This document shows positions 9,209 to 19,932 of a stretch of DNA of 64,000 nucleotides, one piece after another. Origin of the DNA: Patescibacteria group bacterium (GTDB taxonomy: Bacteria; Patescibacteriota; Microgenomatia; Levybacterales; GWA1-39-11); the NCBI GenBank assembly GCA_035549315.1, contig DASZRC010000027.1, positions 4,514 through 68,513 of the forward strand, written 5' to 3'. The translations under genes were made by a program, and so were the position numbers. The notes under the pieces are model-generated. The model saw only the letters and a program-made list of their open reading frames with translations, was not told where the DNA came from and did no database searches. Position 1 is the stretch's first letter, and each line of letters starts with the position of its first letter.

Positions 9209-10492
9209 ATGAAAATTGGTATTGTTGGAGCGGGATTTACGGGCCTTGCTGCTGCCTACTATCTTTCAAAGGAGGGGCATAAGGTAACAATTATAGAGAT
9301 GGGAGAAAAACCCGGAGGGCTAGCAATAGGCTACAAAGAAAAAGAATGGGATTGGACCCTAGAAGAACACTACCACCATTGGTTTACAAATGACTTTAGC
9401 GTTTTAGACCTAGCAAAAGAAATAGGATATGAGGTAATTATAAAAAGACCAAAAACCTCTAATTTTGTTGAGAATGGTATATACCAACTTGACTCACCAA
9501 TCTCTCTTCTTAAATTTCCAAAGTTAAGTCTTCCCAATAGAATAAGGATGGGAGCATCTTTGGCTTTACTACGCTACAACTTCTTCTGGAAACCTTTTGA
9601 ATTCTTTAAGGCAGAACCATACCTAAAACTATCCATGGGAGAAGAAGGTTATAAAAAACTTTGGAAACCACTTATGGATAACAAACTTGGTGAGTATGCA
9701 AAGGTTGTATCTCTTGCATGGTTTTGGTCTAGAGTCTATAAAAGAACTCCATCTCTTGCATATCCAAAAGGGGGATTTCTAAATTTCGCAAAAGCGCTAG
9801 AGAAAAAAATTGAGGAACAAGGCGGTAAGTTTATTTATAATTCAAAAGTAACAAATCTGGAATCAAATAAAAAAATTAAAATAAGTTTTCAAAAAAATGA
9901 TAAGAAGAGAATTGAACACCTAGAGTTTGATAAAGCACTTGTAACTTCCCCCATCCCAATATTTGCAAAGATTGCGCCGAGCCTTCCAGCGTCTTATGTT
10001 GATAAATACACTAAGCTTCAGGGAATTGGGGCAATCAATTTGGTTATAAGATTTAAGAAACCGTTTCTTCCGGATGATACTTACTGGCTTAGCATGACAG
10101 AGGGAAAATCTCCAATCTTGGCTATAGTTGAACATACAAACTTTATGGATAACAAAGGATACAACAATGAACACATTGTCTATTTTGGGAATTATATGCC
10201 AGCATCTGACCCACGATTTAGTATGAACGAGGATCAAATCCTAAAACTATATGATCCATGGCTTAAGAAGATTAATCCTAAGTACAAAGACGCCATAATT
10301 TCTAAGAAATTATTTAAGGCAGCTTTTGCACAACCAATAATTACAACCAACCACTCAAAGAAAATTCCCCCTATGACTACGCCACTAAAAAACGTTTATC
10401 TTGCCAACATACAACAAGTTTACCCTTGGGATAGAGGGACAAATTATGCAGTAGAATTAGGTAAAAAAGTGTCCAATTTAATTCTCTCCTAA
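9209..10492 (+). CDS. FAD/NAD(P)-binding oxidoreductase (amine oxidase/protoporphyrinogen oxidase-like family)
   Basis: N-terminal Rossmann motif KIGIVGAGFTGLAAAYYL…IIE. An SD-like AAGGAGAAG sits upstream. Confidence 0.7.
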   Translation: MKIGIVGAGFTGLAAAYYLSKEGHKVTIIEMGEKPGGLAIGYKEKEWDWTLEEHYHHWFTNDFSVLDLAKEIGYEVIIKRPKTSNFVENGIYQLDSPISLLKFPKLSLPNRIRMGASLALLRYNFFWKPFEFFKAEPYLKLSMGEEGYKKLWKPLMDNKLGEYAKVVSLAWFWSRVYKRTPSLAYPKGGFLNFAKALEKKIEEQGGKFIYNSKVTNLESNKKIKISFQKNDKKRIEHLEFDKALVTSPIPIFAKIAPSLPASYVDKYTKLQGIGAINLVIRFKKPFLPDDTYWLSMTEGKSPILAIVEHTNFMDNKGYNNEHIVYFGNYMPASDPRFSMNEDQILKLYDPWLKKINPKYKDAIISKKLFKAAFAQPIITTNHSKKIPPMTTPLKNVYLANIQQVYPWDRGTNYAVELGKKVSNLILS

Positions 10493-12118
10493 ATGGAAAC
10501 TAAAATTTTAAAAGCAGTTTTTTTTGCATCCTTCTTTTTATTTGTAATTTTTATATTTGTAAATATTAATTGGGGAGAACCTTTCTATTTTCACCCCGAT
10601 GAAAGAAATATTGCATCCTCTATCTCTCAATTAAACTTCCCCAAAAATCTAAATCCTCATTTTTTTGCATACGGGTCCCTACCTATATACTTAGCTTTTG
10701 TGCTTGGGTCTATTCCACAAATAGCAAGCAATGGACTCAATAACTTAATTGTTGATTTTAGTACAGCCATAATATTAACAAGGCTTGCATCTGCATTATT
10801 TGCATTACTCTTAATCTTTTTAATTTTTAAAACCACGGAGTTATTGGCAGGGAAAAGAGAGGCTTTTCTTGCAGGAAGCCTTGCGAGTCTTAGTGTTGCC
10901 TATATTCAATTTGCTAATTTTGGGACATTTGAGATGTGGCTTTCTTTTTTCTCACTGTTAATAATTTATCTACTTCTTTTATTTGTTAAATCCGGTAAGG
11001 ATAATTTTATAGTTTATTCATCTATAGCATTTGGGATCTTATGCTCTTTAAAGCTGTCTTTCATAGGCCTTATCCCAATCTTTATTCTGGCACTATTATT
11101 TGGTTTTAAGCCAAAAGATAAAATAGCTAAGAAAATTTTTATATTTCTTTTATTTATTTTAGTTTCAACAATGTCTTATCTTGTATCATCACCCTTCAAT
11201 CTACTGGATAGCCAAGGATTTATTTCAAGCATGAACTATGAAGGATCGGTTGCATTGGGTACGCTTCCGGTTTTCTATACTGGAACTTTTTTTAATACTA
11301 TACCTATCTTGTATCAATATGAAAAAGTTCTCCCTTTTTTAATAAATCCTTTATTAACCTTAATTTCAATTCCGAGTCTTATCTATCTATCCTATTTATC
11401 AATTACAAAAAGGAATAAGTTGTTGGGATTAGTAGTTTTTTCTTTTCTGATAATTTTTGTTTCCCAATCAGCTCTTTTTGTTAAGTGGACTAGATATGCA
11501 GTCCCCAGTCTCTCTTTCTTATATATATTAATTGCTATATTTATTTTTAAAATTAAAGATATAATTAATGGCAAAATTTTTAATTTAATTATTTTATTTG
11601 TTTTGGGAGTTAGTTTTATATATTCAATATCATATGCAAAGACCGTTAAATTATCCCAAGATACGAGAATAGAAGCTCTTAATTTTTCTACCAAAACAAT
11701 TGATAAGAATTCTAAGATATTAAGTGAGGTATATGATCTTGGAATAGTTCCATTTAATAGTTATTATCCGCATATCACATTGTTTAATTTTTATGATTTG
11801 GACAATGTAGATACAAGTAAAAAAGCGTTATCAGAGGAGCTTAATAACTCAGACTACATTATCATACCAAGCCAAAGAATTATGCAATCAAGAATATTAG
11901 ATAATTCTAACTTTCCAAACGGAAACAACTTCTACAAATCTCTCTTTGCTGATAAACTTAACTATAGGAAGATTTATCAAACTCCTTGTGATATCTTTTG
12001 TAAAATTACATATATGGGAGATCCTGTTTTTAATTTAGAACAAACGGCTAGTGTATTTGATAGACCCACTGTTTTTATTTTTGAAAATAAAAAGATCACA
12101 AATAAAAATAATAAATGA
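10493..12118 (+). CDS. GT-C family membrane glycosyltransferase (PMT/ArnT-like), paralog 1
   Basis: A first-loop motif FHPDERN…FPKNLNPHFFAYGSLPIYL is shared with the next gene. Many TM helices are predicted. Confidence 0.6.
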   Translation: METKILKAVFFASFFLFVIFIFVNINWGEPFYFHPDERNIASSISQLNFPKNLNPHFFAYGSLPIYLAFVLGSIPQIASNGLNNLIVDFSTAIILTRLASALFALLLIFLIFKTTELLAGKREAFLAGSLASLSVAYIQFANFGTFEMWLSFFSLLIIYLLLLFVKSGKDNFIVYSSIAFGILCSLKLSFIGLIPIFILALLFGFKPKDKIAKKIFIFLLFILVSTMSYLVSSPFNLLDSQGFISSMNYEGSVALGTLPVFYTGTFFNTIPILYQYEKVLPFLINPLLTLISIPSLIYLSYLSITKRNKLLGLVVFSFLIIFVSQSALFVKWTRYAVPSLSFLYILIAIFIFKIKDIINGKIFNLIILFVLGVSFIYSISYAKTVKLSQDTRIEALNFSTKTIDKNSKILSEVYDLGIVPFNSYYPHITLFNFYDLDNVDTSKKALSEELNNSDYIIIPSQRIMQSRILDNSNFPNGNNFYKSLFADKLNYRKIYQTPCDIFCKITYMGDPVFNLEQTASVFDRPTVFIFENKKITNKNNK

Positions 12119-13821
12119 ATACAAAAGAAAAAATATTACTTTTAATAATTATTTTATTTGGGTTCTTCCTAAGATTTTACGGAATCAATTGGGATGCAAC
12201 ATGCTGTCAACACCCGGACGAAAGGGCTATTGTAATGTATACAACGCCTTTATCTTTCCCCAAAAATATTGATCAATTTCTTACTCCCCAAAGTCCATTA
12301 AATCCGCATTTCTTTGCATACGGAAACTTCCCTCTTTACCTCTTAAAAGGCGCCTCCTTACTTGCAGGCAATATTGACCCAAGCTTTTTACAGTATGACA
12401 AGATTAATCTGATTGGAAGACTTATCTCTATAATTTCTGACACAGGAACAATAATTATTATTTTCTTGCTAGGAAAAATTCTTTTTAATAAAAAGTCTGG
12501 GTTCTTAGCTGCCTTTGTTTACGCGGTATCGGCTTTACCTATTCAATATTCCCATTTCTTTACATCAGATATTTTACTTACATTTATAATCAGCTTAATT
12601 CTTCTGACTGTAATTAATTTTTATAAGAAACCTAGTTTAAAAAGTGCAATTTTTATAGGTATTTTATTTGGTCTTGCTCTTGCAACTAAAATTAGCGCGA
12701 TACCAATAATTATTTCTATAACCTTGGCGATAACATTGGATTTCTTATTTATTTTTACAAAGTCTCCCCACAAGCCAAAACTCTGGATAAACCACTTACC
12801 CCATGTTGTTAAAAAACTAATCAGTGAATGGGTTTTAATTATGTTGATCGCATTCATAACATTTTCTATCAGCCAACCCTATGCAATTATAGATTCCCAA
12901 GAATTTGTAAACCAAAATATGCTCCAGTCAATGATGACAAAAAACCCATACATATTCCCTTATACGCTTCAGTACGTGGGTAAGATTCCTTATATATATG
13001 AGCTGAAGAATATATTTTTATGGGGACTTGGTCCAATAATCTCTGTGCTCTCCTTTGCGGGCCTAGCCCTTACTTTTTTTAATTTTAAAAAATACAAACA
13101 AGACAAAAAAGCGGAAATAATTCTTATATCAGCATTTCTTATTTCTTATTTTGCGGTTGTTGGAAGTTTTGCAATTGGGTTTATGAGATATTTACTTCCA
13201 ATTTATCCACTTCTGGCAATTTTTGGAGGGTTTTGTTTTTATAAACTGTTTGAATTGTTTGCTTCCTTTATAAAAAATTCCTATGCTATAACATTTTTAA
13301 AATTTGTAGTAATTTTATTGGTTCTTATTTGGCCGCTATCTTTTGTTTCTATATATAGCAGAGTCAATACAAGAATAGACGCAACAAATTGGATCAATAA
13401 AAATATACCCCAAAATAGCACCATAGCAATTGAACACTGGGATGACAGGCTCCCACTTAACTCTCCAAATACTTATAACTTTTCAGAACTTACCATGTAT
13501 GATCAGCCGGACAATGCTCAGAAGTGGCAAGTACTATCCTCTAAATTGAGCGGATCAAATTATCTTATAATCGCTTCCAATAGACTTTACGTCCCTATAC
13601 AAAAACTTAGTAATTGTAATAAATATAAGGTTTGTTATCCCTTAGCAAGCCAATACTACAAAGCACTGTTTAGTGGCAAGCTACCATTCAAACTTGTCTC
13701 CGAGTTTACGTCCTACCCAACCATACCTTTTACAAACATTAAAATACCCGATGACACAGCAGATGAGTCCTTTACAGTTTATGACCACCCCAAAATTTAC
13801 ATCTTTAAAAAAACTCCTTAA
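12115..13821 (+). CDS. GT-C family membrane glycosyltransferase (PMT/ArnT-like), paralog 2
   Basis: The motif QHPDERAIV…FPKNI…NPHFFAYGNFPLYL is homologous to the preceding gene. The two genes overlap by 4 bp. Confidence 0.6.
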   Translation: MNTKEKILLLIIILFGFFLRFYGINWDATCCQHPDERAIVMYTTPLSFPKNIDQFLTPQSPLNPHFFAYGNFPLYLLKGASLLAGNIDPSFLQYDKINLIGRLISIISDTGTIIIIFLLGKILFNKKSGFLAAFVYAVSALPIQYSHFFTSDILLTFIISLILLTVINFYKKPSLKSAIFIGILFGLALATKISAIPIIISITLAITLDFLFIFTKSPHKPKLWINHLPHVVKKLISEWVLIMLIAFITFSISQPYAIIDSQEFVNQNMLQSMMTKNPYIFPYTLQYVGKIPYIYELKNIFLWGLGPIISVLSFAGLALTFFNFKKYKQDKKAEIILISAFLISYFAVVGSFAIGFMRYLLPIYPLLAIFGGFCFYKLFELFASFIKNSYAITFLKFVVILLVLIWPLSFVSIYSRVNTRIDATNWINKNIPQNSTIAIEHWDDRLPLNSPNTYNFSELTMYDQPDNAQKWQVLSSKLSGSNYLIIASNRLYVPIQKLSNCNKYKVCYPLASQYYKALFSGKLPFKLVSEFTSYPTIPFTNIKIPDDTADESFTVYDHPKIYIFKKTP

Positions 13822-13866
13822 AAAAGCTGTTGTAAGCTCACTACCTTTGCTGTAGAATTTAAGCTT

Positions 13867-14904
13867 ATGAAAACGGTTTTAATAACAGGTGGTGCAGGAT
13901 TTTTAGGCGTCTACTTATCACGTTTTCTGCTCAAAAAAGGCTTTAAAGTAATTTGTCTTGATATTGCCCCGTTCACCGCAAAAGATATAGAGAAAAAAAT
14001 TACCTACATTGAGGGGGATATAAGAAATCTTAAGAAAATTGAAGGCCATTTTAAAAATGTTGATTACGTAGTTCACGCAGCAGCAGCTCTACCAATAATC
14101 CATGCTAGGAAAGAAATCTTTAAAACAAACGTTGATGGAACAAAAAATGTATTGGAATCAAGCTTAAAACATAAGGTAAAAAAACTTGTATTTATATCAA
14201 GCACTGCTACTTATGGTGTCCCGGAACATCTTCCGGAAACCGAAGGTGACAAAATTGCCCCAATTGGACATTATGGTGAATCAAAAGTAATAGGAGAAGA
14301 ACTCTGCTTTAGATATTTAGGAAAAGGGCTCCCTGTAAATATTATTAGGCCAAAAACATTTTTAGGCCCGGAAAGACTTGGGGTATTTACTCTTTGGTTT
14401 GAAGCAATTTATCAAAATAAACCGGTATTTATTCTGGGTAATGGGAATAATCTATACCAACTACTTGAGGTTAATGACCTATGCGACTTAATTTACAATG
14501 CACTAATTACCAAAAAGAGAGGGGAGATCTTTAACGCCGGAGCAGAAAAATTTGGGACCTGGAGAAAAGACTTGGGAGCTCTTATAAAACATGCAAAGTC
14601 AAAATCAAAAATAGTTGGATTTCCTGTTTTACCATCACAACTAATATTGGGAGTTTTGGAAAGCCTTAATTTATCACCGATTGTTGCCTGGCACTATAAA
14701 ACTTTACCTATTAATTCTTACGTAAGCATTGATAAAGCCAAAAAAGAATTAGGGTTTAAACCGAAAAGGTCAAATCAGGATATACTTATAGAAAGTTACG
14801 ACTGGTACAAAACTCACAGGGCAGAATTTATAGGCAAAACAGGTACCGGACATAGGGTAGTTTGGAATTTTAAACTTCTTGGAATATTTGAAAAATTAAC
14901 ATGA
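13867..14904 (+). CDS. NAD-dependent epimerase/dehydratase (SDR family, UDP-sugar 4-epimerase-like)
   Basis: The protein carries a TGGAGFLG glycine-rich motif and the catalytic YxxxK as YGESK. Confidence 0.8.
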   Translation: MKTVLITGGAGFLGVYLSRFLLKKGFKVICLDIAPFTAKDIEKKITYIEGDIRNLKKIEGHFKNVDYVVHAAAALPIIHARKEIFKTNVDGTKNVLESSLKHKVKKLVFISSTATYGVPEHLPETEGDKIAPIGHYGESKVIGEELCFRYLGKGLPVNIIRPKTFLGPERLGVFTLWFEAIYQNKPVFILGNGNNLYQLLEVNDLCDLIYNALITKKRGEIFNAGAEKFGTWRKDLGALIKHAKSKSKIVGFPVLPSQLILGVLESLNLSPIVAWHYKTLPINSYVSIDKAKKELGFKPKRSNQDILIESYDWYKTHRAEFIGKTGTGHRVVWNFKLLGIFEKLT

Positions 14905-15461
14905 GCAAAAAATTAATAATTGGCATAGACTTTGATAAAATTTTTGTTAACTATCCCCCCTTTATCCCAGGCCCACTGATAGAGAGATTTTATAAAAAGA
15001 AAAATCACAAATTGTCTTATAGAATTCCTGGGAAAATTGAACAACAATTTAGAATACTTCTACATACCCCAATATTTCGTCAGCCAATAAAAACCAATAT
15101 ATCAGAATTGGAAAAAATATTTAATGAAGATAAGTATTCTATATATCTTGTCTCAAGCAGATTTTCTTTTCTAAAAGGAAAAACCAATTTATGGAATAGG
15201 AAGCATAAGATATCAAAGTTCTTTGAGAAAATGTATTTCAATTTTGAAAACCAACAGCCCCATATTTTTAAAGATAAAATCATTAAAAAAGAAAACATTA
15301 AAAGATTTATAGATGATGATCTGGATCTTCTAATGTATCTCTCTTCCAAGAACCCGGATGTAGATTTTTTTTGGGTTACACCAAACATTGCTAAAGTAAA
15401 TCTTCCCAAAAATATAAGAATGATAAGAAATTTAAAAGAATTTAGATTAAAATATTTATAA
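14901..15461 (+). CDS. Hypothetical protein, possibly a HAD-like hydrolase
   Basis: A GIDFD motif near the N-terminus and a DDD motif. It overlaps the upstream epimerase by 4 bp. Confidence 0.35.
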   Translation: MSKKLIIGIDFDKIFVNYPPFIPGPLIERFYKKKNHKLSYRIPGKIEQQFRILLHTPIFRQPIKTNISELEKIFNEDKYSIYLVSSRFSFLKGKTNLWNRKHKISKFFEKMYFNFENQQPHIFKDKIIKKENIKRFIDDDLDLLMYLSSKNPDVDFFWVTPNIAKVNLPKNIRMIRNLKEFRLKYL

Positions 15462-15462
15462 C

Positions 15463-17574
15463 ATGCCCGACCTATTGGTAGTTCTTCAATGGTGGATACC
15501 CATATTTATTGTAGGAATAGTTTTTCTTCCCACAACCGACTTCTTTTTCTCTGGTTTTTTGGATAGGGGGTATCTGTTTTCCAAAGTACTTGGTCTTGGA
15601 ATTACCACATATATCATATTTGTCTTAAGCTTTATTAGAATCCTTCCCTTTAACATCCTGTCTATAATATTGGTTTTGTGGGTTTGTCTAATGGGCAACT
15701 TTTATTTTTTTAAAAAAACCAAATATAAAATAAAATCTCTTCCAATTAAAGCATTTATCTTGGAGGAAATACTTTTTCTTATCTGCATAATATTTTGGTC
15801 ATATATTAGAGCGCATGAACCAAGTATAAACGGTCTTGAAAAATTTATGGATTTTGGTTTCCTAAATTCAATCCTAAGATCTACCTACATGCCCCCAAAT
15901 GACATGTGGTTTACCCCATTCTCAATTAATTATTATTATTTTGGACATCTAACAACTGCCGTCTTAACTAAGATATCTTTCTTGCCGTCTCTATTAACTT
16001 TCAACCTTATGATTGCAACACTCTTTGCCTTTACTTTCTCTTTATCTTTTTCACTAGTCATGAATTTGGTAAATGGTTTTGCAAAAAAAGGCAAAGCATT
16101 AATAGGTGGACTACTTGCTGCTTTTTTTGTTTCTTTTGGAGGAAACCTGCATACTATTTATTCATTATTTAAACCCTATGACGTAGATAATCCAGTACCA
16201 TTTTGGAAACTTGCTTTCTTGCCCCAAACATTCCCAAATAGTTATTGGTATCCCAACGCAACAAGATTTATCCCTTTTACAATTCATGAATTCCCTATCT
16301 ATTCTTTTGTTGTCTCTGATCTTCATGGACATGTATTGGATTTGATGTATGTGCTTTTATTAATTGCCCTGTCTTATGTGCTTTTTGTAAAAGGGGTAAA
16401 TAAGATAATACTTGGAACAATCGCTCTCTTTTTGGCAATTATGTATATGACAAATGCCTGGGATGGTGCAATCTACATGCTACTTGTTGGTTTTGCCATT
16501 CTTGCAAGAAACTATATTGATATTAAATCACACATAAAAAAAAACAAAACATTTTTCAGTTGTTTAATTCCGGCAATTAAAAAAACTATTGTTCCCTTTT
16601 TATCTACGGCAATTCTTTTTGTGATATTTACCCTTCCTTTTAGTTTAACTTTTAAACCTTTTGCCAGCGGCATTGGAGTATTATGCGCACCCTCCTTTTT
16701 AACAAAGATGGAACACTTGGGACCATTCCTTTTTGAAGCAAACCATTGCCAAAAATCTTCATGGTGGGAATTATTAACTCTCTATGGAGCGTTTTATTTC
16801 TTTGCTCTTTCACTGGTATTTTTTGTCTTTAGAACAAAAAAGAAAATATTAGATACCGACTACTTTGCCTTAATCTTAATAGGACTTTCAACAATTTTAA
16901 TAATAATTCCAGAGTTTATTTACTTAAAAGATATTTATCCGGCCCACTACAGAGCCAACACTATGTTTAAGTTAGTTTATCAATCGTTCATAATGTTATC
17001 TCTTGTTTCCTCCTACGCCATTGTTAGGATAATCACTTCAACCAAAAATATATTGTTTTATCTTGCAAGCGTTTTAATACTTATAGGAATATTTATTTAT
17101 CCATATTTTGCAATTAAGGGCTACTACGGAGATTTAACAAATTACAAAGGTCTAGATGGAACTTCTTATCTAAAAGAGAGATACCCACATGACTATGCTG
17201 CAATAAATTGGATCAATAAAAATATAAAGGGAACTCCTGTTATTGCAGAGGCACAGGGCGATTCATATACAGATTATGGAAGAATATCGTCTAATACCGG
17301 CCTTCCAACAATACTTGGATGGACAGTACACGAATGGCTGTGGCGTGGAACCTATGATGTCCCGGCTCCAAGAATTGAGGAAGTAAGAAGGATTTATGAA
17401 TCAAATAGTCTATCTGAAACAAAACAATTATTGAATAAATATAAAACTCAGTACGTATATATTGGAGATTTGGAAAGAGAAAAATACCCAAGCATTAATG
17501 AAACAAAGTTTAATAATTTAGGCAAAGTTGTTTTCCAAGACGGAAATAGCAGGTTGTACAAACTCAACAACTGA
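15463..17574 (+). CDS. DUF2298 / YYY-domain membrane protein (chlor_Arch_YYY family, predicted membrane glycosyltransferase)
   Basis: Contains the hallmark motif INYYYFGH. The 703-aa polytopic membrane protein has a C-terminal soluble domain. Confidence 0.65.
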   Translation: MPDLLVVLQWWIPIFIVGIVFLPTTDFFFSGFLDRGYLFSKVLGLGITTYIIFVLSFIRILPFNILSIILVLWVCLMGNFYFFKKTKYKIKSLPIKAFILEEILFLICIIFWSYIRAHEPSINGLEKFMDFGFLNSILRSTYMPPNDMWFTPFSINYYYFGHLTTAVLTKISFLPSLLTFNLMIATLFAFTFSLSFSLVMNLVNGFAKKGKALIGGLLAAFFVSFGGNLHTIYSLFKPYDVDNPVPFWKLAFLPQTFPNSYWYPNATRFIPFTIHEFPIYSFVVSDLHGHVLDLMYVLLLIALSYVLFVKGVNKIILGTIALFLAIMYMTNAWDGAIYMLLVGFAILARNYIDIKSHIKKNKTFFSCLIPAIKKTIVPFLSTAILFVIFTLPFSLTFKPFASGIGVLCAPSFLTKMEHLGPFLFEANHCQKSSWWELLTLYGAFYFFALSLVFFVFRTKKKILDTDYFALILIGLSTILIIIPEFIYLKDIYPAHYRANTMFKLVYQSFIMLSLVSSYAIVRIITSTKNILFYLASVLILIGIFIYPYFAIKGYYGDLTNYKGLDGTSYLKERYPHDYAAINWINKNIKGTPVIAEAQGDSYTDYGRISSNTGLPTILGWTVHEWLWRGTYDVPAPRIEEVRRIYESNSLSETKQLLNKYKTQYVYIGDLEREKYPSINETKFNNLGKVVFQDGNSRLYKLNN

Positions 17575-17596
17575 CCTGTCTGCCGACAGGCAACTA
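17575..17596. repeat. Palindromic element GACCTGTCTGCCGACAGGCAAC, copy 3 of the GACCTGYCTGCCGRCAGGCA family. It sits immediately after the stop codon of the YYY protein.
   Basis: Seen in the sequence. The two substitutions relative to the other copies are mirror-symmetric (C>T and G>A), which preserves the hairpin. Confidence 0.8.
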
Positions 17597-17606
17597 GCTT
17601 CTTTAT

Positions 17607-17634
17607 TTGACTTTGAAAATTCTATTTATATAAT
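17607..17634 (+). promoter_or_regulatory. Promoter candidate: TTGACT, 16-bp spacer, TATAAT. The ATG at 17641 is 7 nt downstream, so the transcript would be near-leaderless.
   Basis: Seen in the sequence. Confidence 0.4.
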
Positions 17635-17640
17635 TGCAGG

Positions 17641-18117
17641 ATGCCTAGAGAGATAAAAATTAGCGACCCATATCTTGCTGGTGAGTACTTGAAAACCGGA
17701 ACAAAATTAAATATTAGAGATAAACGTGGTTATCCCTTAATGAAAGTAGAACTTGGACCAGCTCTGGATGCGGAACATTATTGCCATACTTGTGGAGAAA
17801 CAGGCGAAAAGATAATTGCAGATTCGGAAACAAGTAATTCCCTTGCTCGTTCTAAGCTGGAAGTTGCCAATCTAGAGTTCACATCAGTTCCTACCTGTCC
17901 ACTCGCGCGATATAAAGATCTAGATAAAGAATCTGTTCAATCCATACAGTCAGACTGTATAAATAGAAGACCAGCAAGCAAAAAACAGGTAGAGCTAATT
18001 GAGGAAACTCAAATATATATAAATCATGCCCTATTAGCTACAGATCTGGGATATGCGGAGATTATTAGCTTAGACACAGAACGAACAATCGAGGCTTTAG
18101 AAAAAATAACTATTTAG
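17641..18117 (+). CDS. Hypothetical protein (158 aa) with Cys/His residues, possibly metal-binding
   Basis: ORF with a good promoter upstream. No recognizable family. Confidence 0.45.
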   Translation: MPREIKISDPYLAGEYLKTGTKLNIRDKRGYPLMKVELGPALDAEHYCHTCGETGEKIIADSETSNSLARSKLEVANLEFTSVPTCPLARYKDLDKESVQSIQSDCINRRPASKKQVELIEETQIYINHALLATDLGYAEIISLDTERTIEALEKITI

Positions 18118-19255
18118 ACTTTTGTTTTGTGGTAATTGAGGGAGTGGGCGTTGGATCAATGCCCAAACCTTTGGCCATGATCTCACATACATGTCCGCCG
18201 GCAACACAATTTACGTAAGACTGAATTTCAGAAAAGTCACCGTCTCCAACTCTAGGAATTAAATTGTATTGAAAACCTTTTGTCTCAGTTGGAATATCTT
18301 CTTTTAAAAGACCAAACCTACCCTCACTTTGATCGCCAAAATCTATAACAAAACTATCTATCTTTGCCTTCTGCATTTTCTGGGCCAAATTTATAAAGTC
18401 GTCATATTCATTTGGGGTCACATCTGTATCAATATTATCTTTTAAAATATTGAATATCCCAATAACCTTAACCGGATTAAGAATTATTCCAAGAGATAAT
18501 ACTTTTGATTTTATTGCAGATATTACTTCCTGCTGACGCCTTGATCTTGCAAAATCACTTCCCTCACCATTTATTCCATGCCTTGACCTTGAGAATTGAA
18601 GCGCAGTCTCCCCATCCATATGTTGAACTCCCTGATCCACATGAAGGTGCTTATAGCGACATTCAAAATATTTCCATTGATCAAGTTCGGCAGGCCCCGT
18701 AGCAATAAAGTCTTTTACCTCATCTTCCGGATGACCACAAAGGTCTGTTTCTTTTCCTTCTATTGGATAGTTGTAGTCATCCAAAGTATGGGCAACATTA
18801 ACATCTATACCACCAAGATAATCAACCAACTTTACAAAACCGGAGAAATCTATAACAACTACATAATCAATTTGTTTACCTGTAATTTTTTTTACTACGC
18901 TTTTAACCAAAAGCTTATTTTTATCATTTTTATCCAAACCTAATTGATAGGTTTTGTTTATCTTCCCATTAACATCCGACACCCATAAATCGCGGGGAAT
19001 AGAAACCAAATTTACAGTATTTTTTGTAGGGTTAATCATTGCAACAATGATTGTATCTGTAAGGTTTGGCCCATCATGGTTACCTCCGCCAATTCCCAAT
19101 ATTAAAATATTTATGTTTCCGGTTTTCTGTTCTTTTTTAAGAACTATTTCTTTTTTAATGTGGAATTTGTATATAAAGAATCCCCCAAAGATCAATGCTA
19201 TTAAACCAATAGCAAGTACCACCAATTTCCAATTTTGGGAACTTTTTTTTAGCAT
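18110..19255 (-). CDS. LytR-CpsA-Psr (LCP) family cell-envelope polymer transferase
   Basis: An N-terminal TM is followed by an LCP domain with conserved motifs (…IPRDLWV…, …GGIDV…, …FSRSRH…). Confidence 0.8.
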   Translation of the reverse strand: MLKKSSQNWKLVVLAIGLIALIFGGFFIYKFHIKKEIVLKKEQKTGNINILILGIGGGNHDGPNLTDTIIVAMINPTKNTVNLVSIPRDLWVSDVNGKINKTYQLGLDKNDKNKLLVKSVVKKITGKQIDYVVVIDFSGFVKLVDYLGGIDVNVAHTLDDYNYPIEGKETDLCGHPEDEVKDFIATGPAELDQWKYFECRYKHLHVDQGVQHMDGETALQFSRSRHGINGEGSDFARSRRQQEVISAIKSKVLSLGIILNPVKVIGIFNILKDNIDTDVTPNEYDDFINLAQKMQKAKIDSFVIDFGDQSEGRFGLLKEDIPTETKGFQYNLIPRVGDGDFSEIQSYVNCVAGGHVCEIMAKGLGIDPTPTPSITTKQKSK

Positions 19256-19932
19256 CTTTCAATAAGAGAGAAAAAGTTTGAAGCTTCAAGACTTGCGCCG
19301 CCCACTAAAACACCTGAGATATCCGGGATGTCTGTAAACTTCTTAATATTATCCGCAGTAACACTTCCACCATACAAAACTTTTTCAACGTTCTTATTTT
19401 TTTCCTTTATTGATTTTGCCACTTTTTCTGCATTTTCCGGCGACTCAGGATTTCCTGTACCAATTGCGCTTATTGGCTCATACGCTACTATCTTAACAGT
19501 CTCCGGAATTGGGGTAGAATCACCCTGAACGCAAAAAACTATATTAAGACCACTTGCGTCAGCATTAACAACTTTTGTCTCTAGAACCTCATCCGTATCT
19601 CCAAAGTTCTGTCTTCTTTCCGAATGTCCAATTATTGTATAACTTGCCATCTTTTTAATAATTTCAGCAGGAATTTCACCCGTATATGCTCCTGCAACAA
19701 ACCTTGAAACGTCTTGGGCTCCAATCTTGAACTCAAGAGCGTTAGCCACAACGTATGCATTTAAAAGCTGTAAAAGAGTATATGGGGGACAGATTAAAAT
19801 TTGCTTATTAGTAAGATCCAGCTTTGCCTCGAATATTTTTCTATTAAATTCCTCTAGCCAGAGGCGTGCCTCATCTTCCGTTTTGTGCGCTTTCCAGTTA
19901 GCAACGAGCAGTAGATCTTTCATATGATACAA
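19249..19932 (-). CDS. tpiA: Triosephosphate isomerase
   Basis: Carries the TIM motifs ANWKAH, IIGHSERR, AYEPISAIGTG, YGGSV and GVLVGGASL. Confidence 0.9.
   Translation of the reverse strand: MYHMKDLLLVANWKAHKTEDEARLWLEEFNRKIFEAKLDLTNKQILICPPYTLLQLLNAYVVANALEFKIGAQDVSRFVAGAYTGEIPAEIIKKMASYTIIGHSERRQNFGDTDEVLETKVVNADASGLNIVFCVQGDSTPIPETVKIVAYEPISAIGTGNPESPENAEKVAKSIKEKNKNVEKVLYGGSVTADNIKKFTDIPDISGVLVGGASLEASNFFSLIERC

Noticed and set aside
18505-19265. Plus-strand ORFs 18505..18702, 18596..18943 and 18954..19265
   Set aside because: They are antisense to the well-supported LCP gene (18110..19255).
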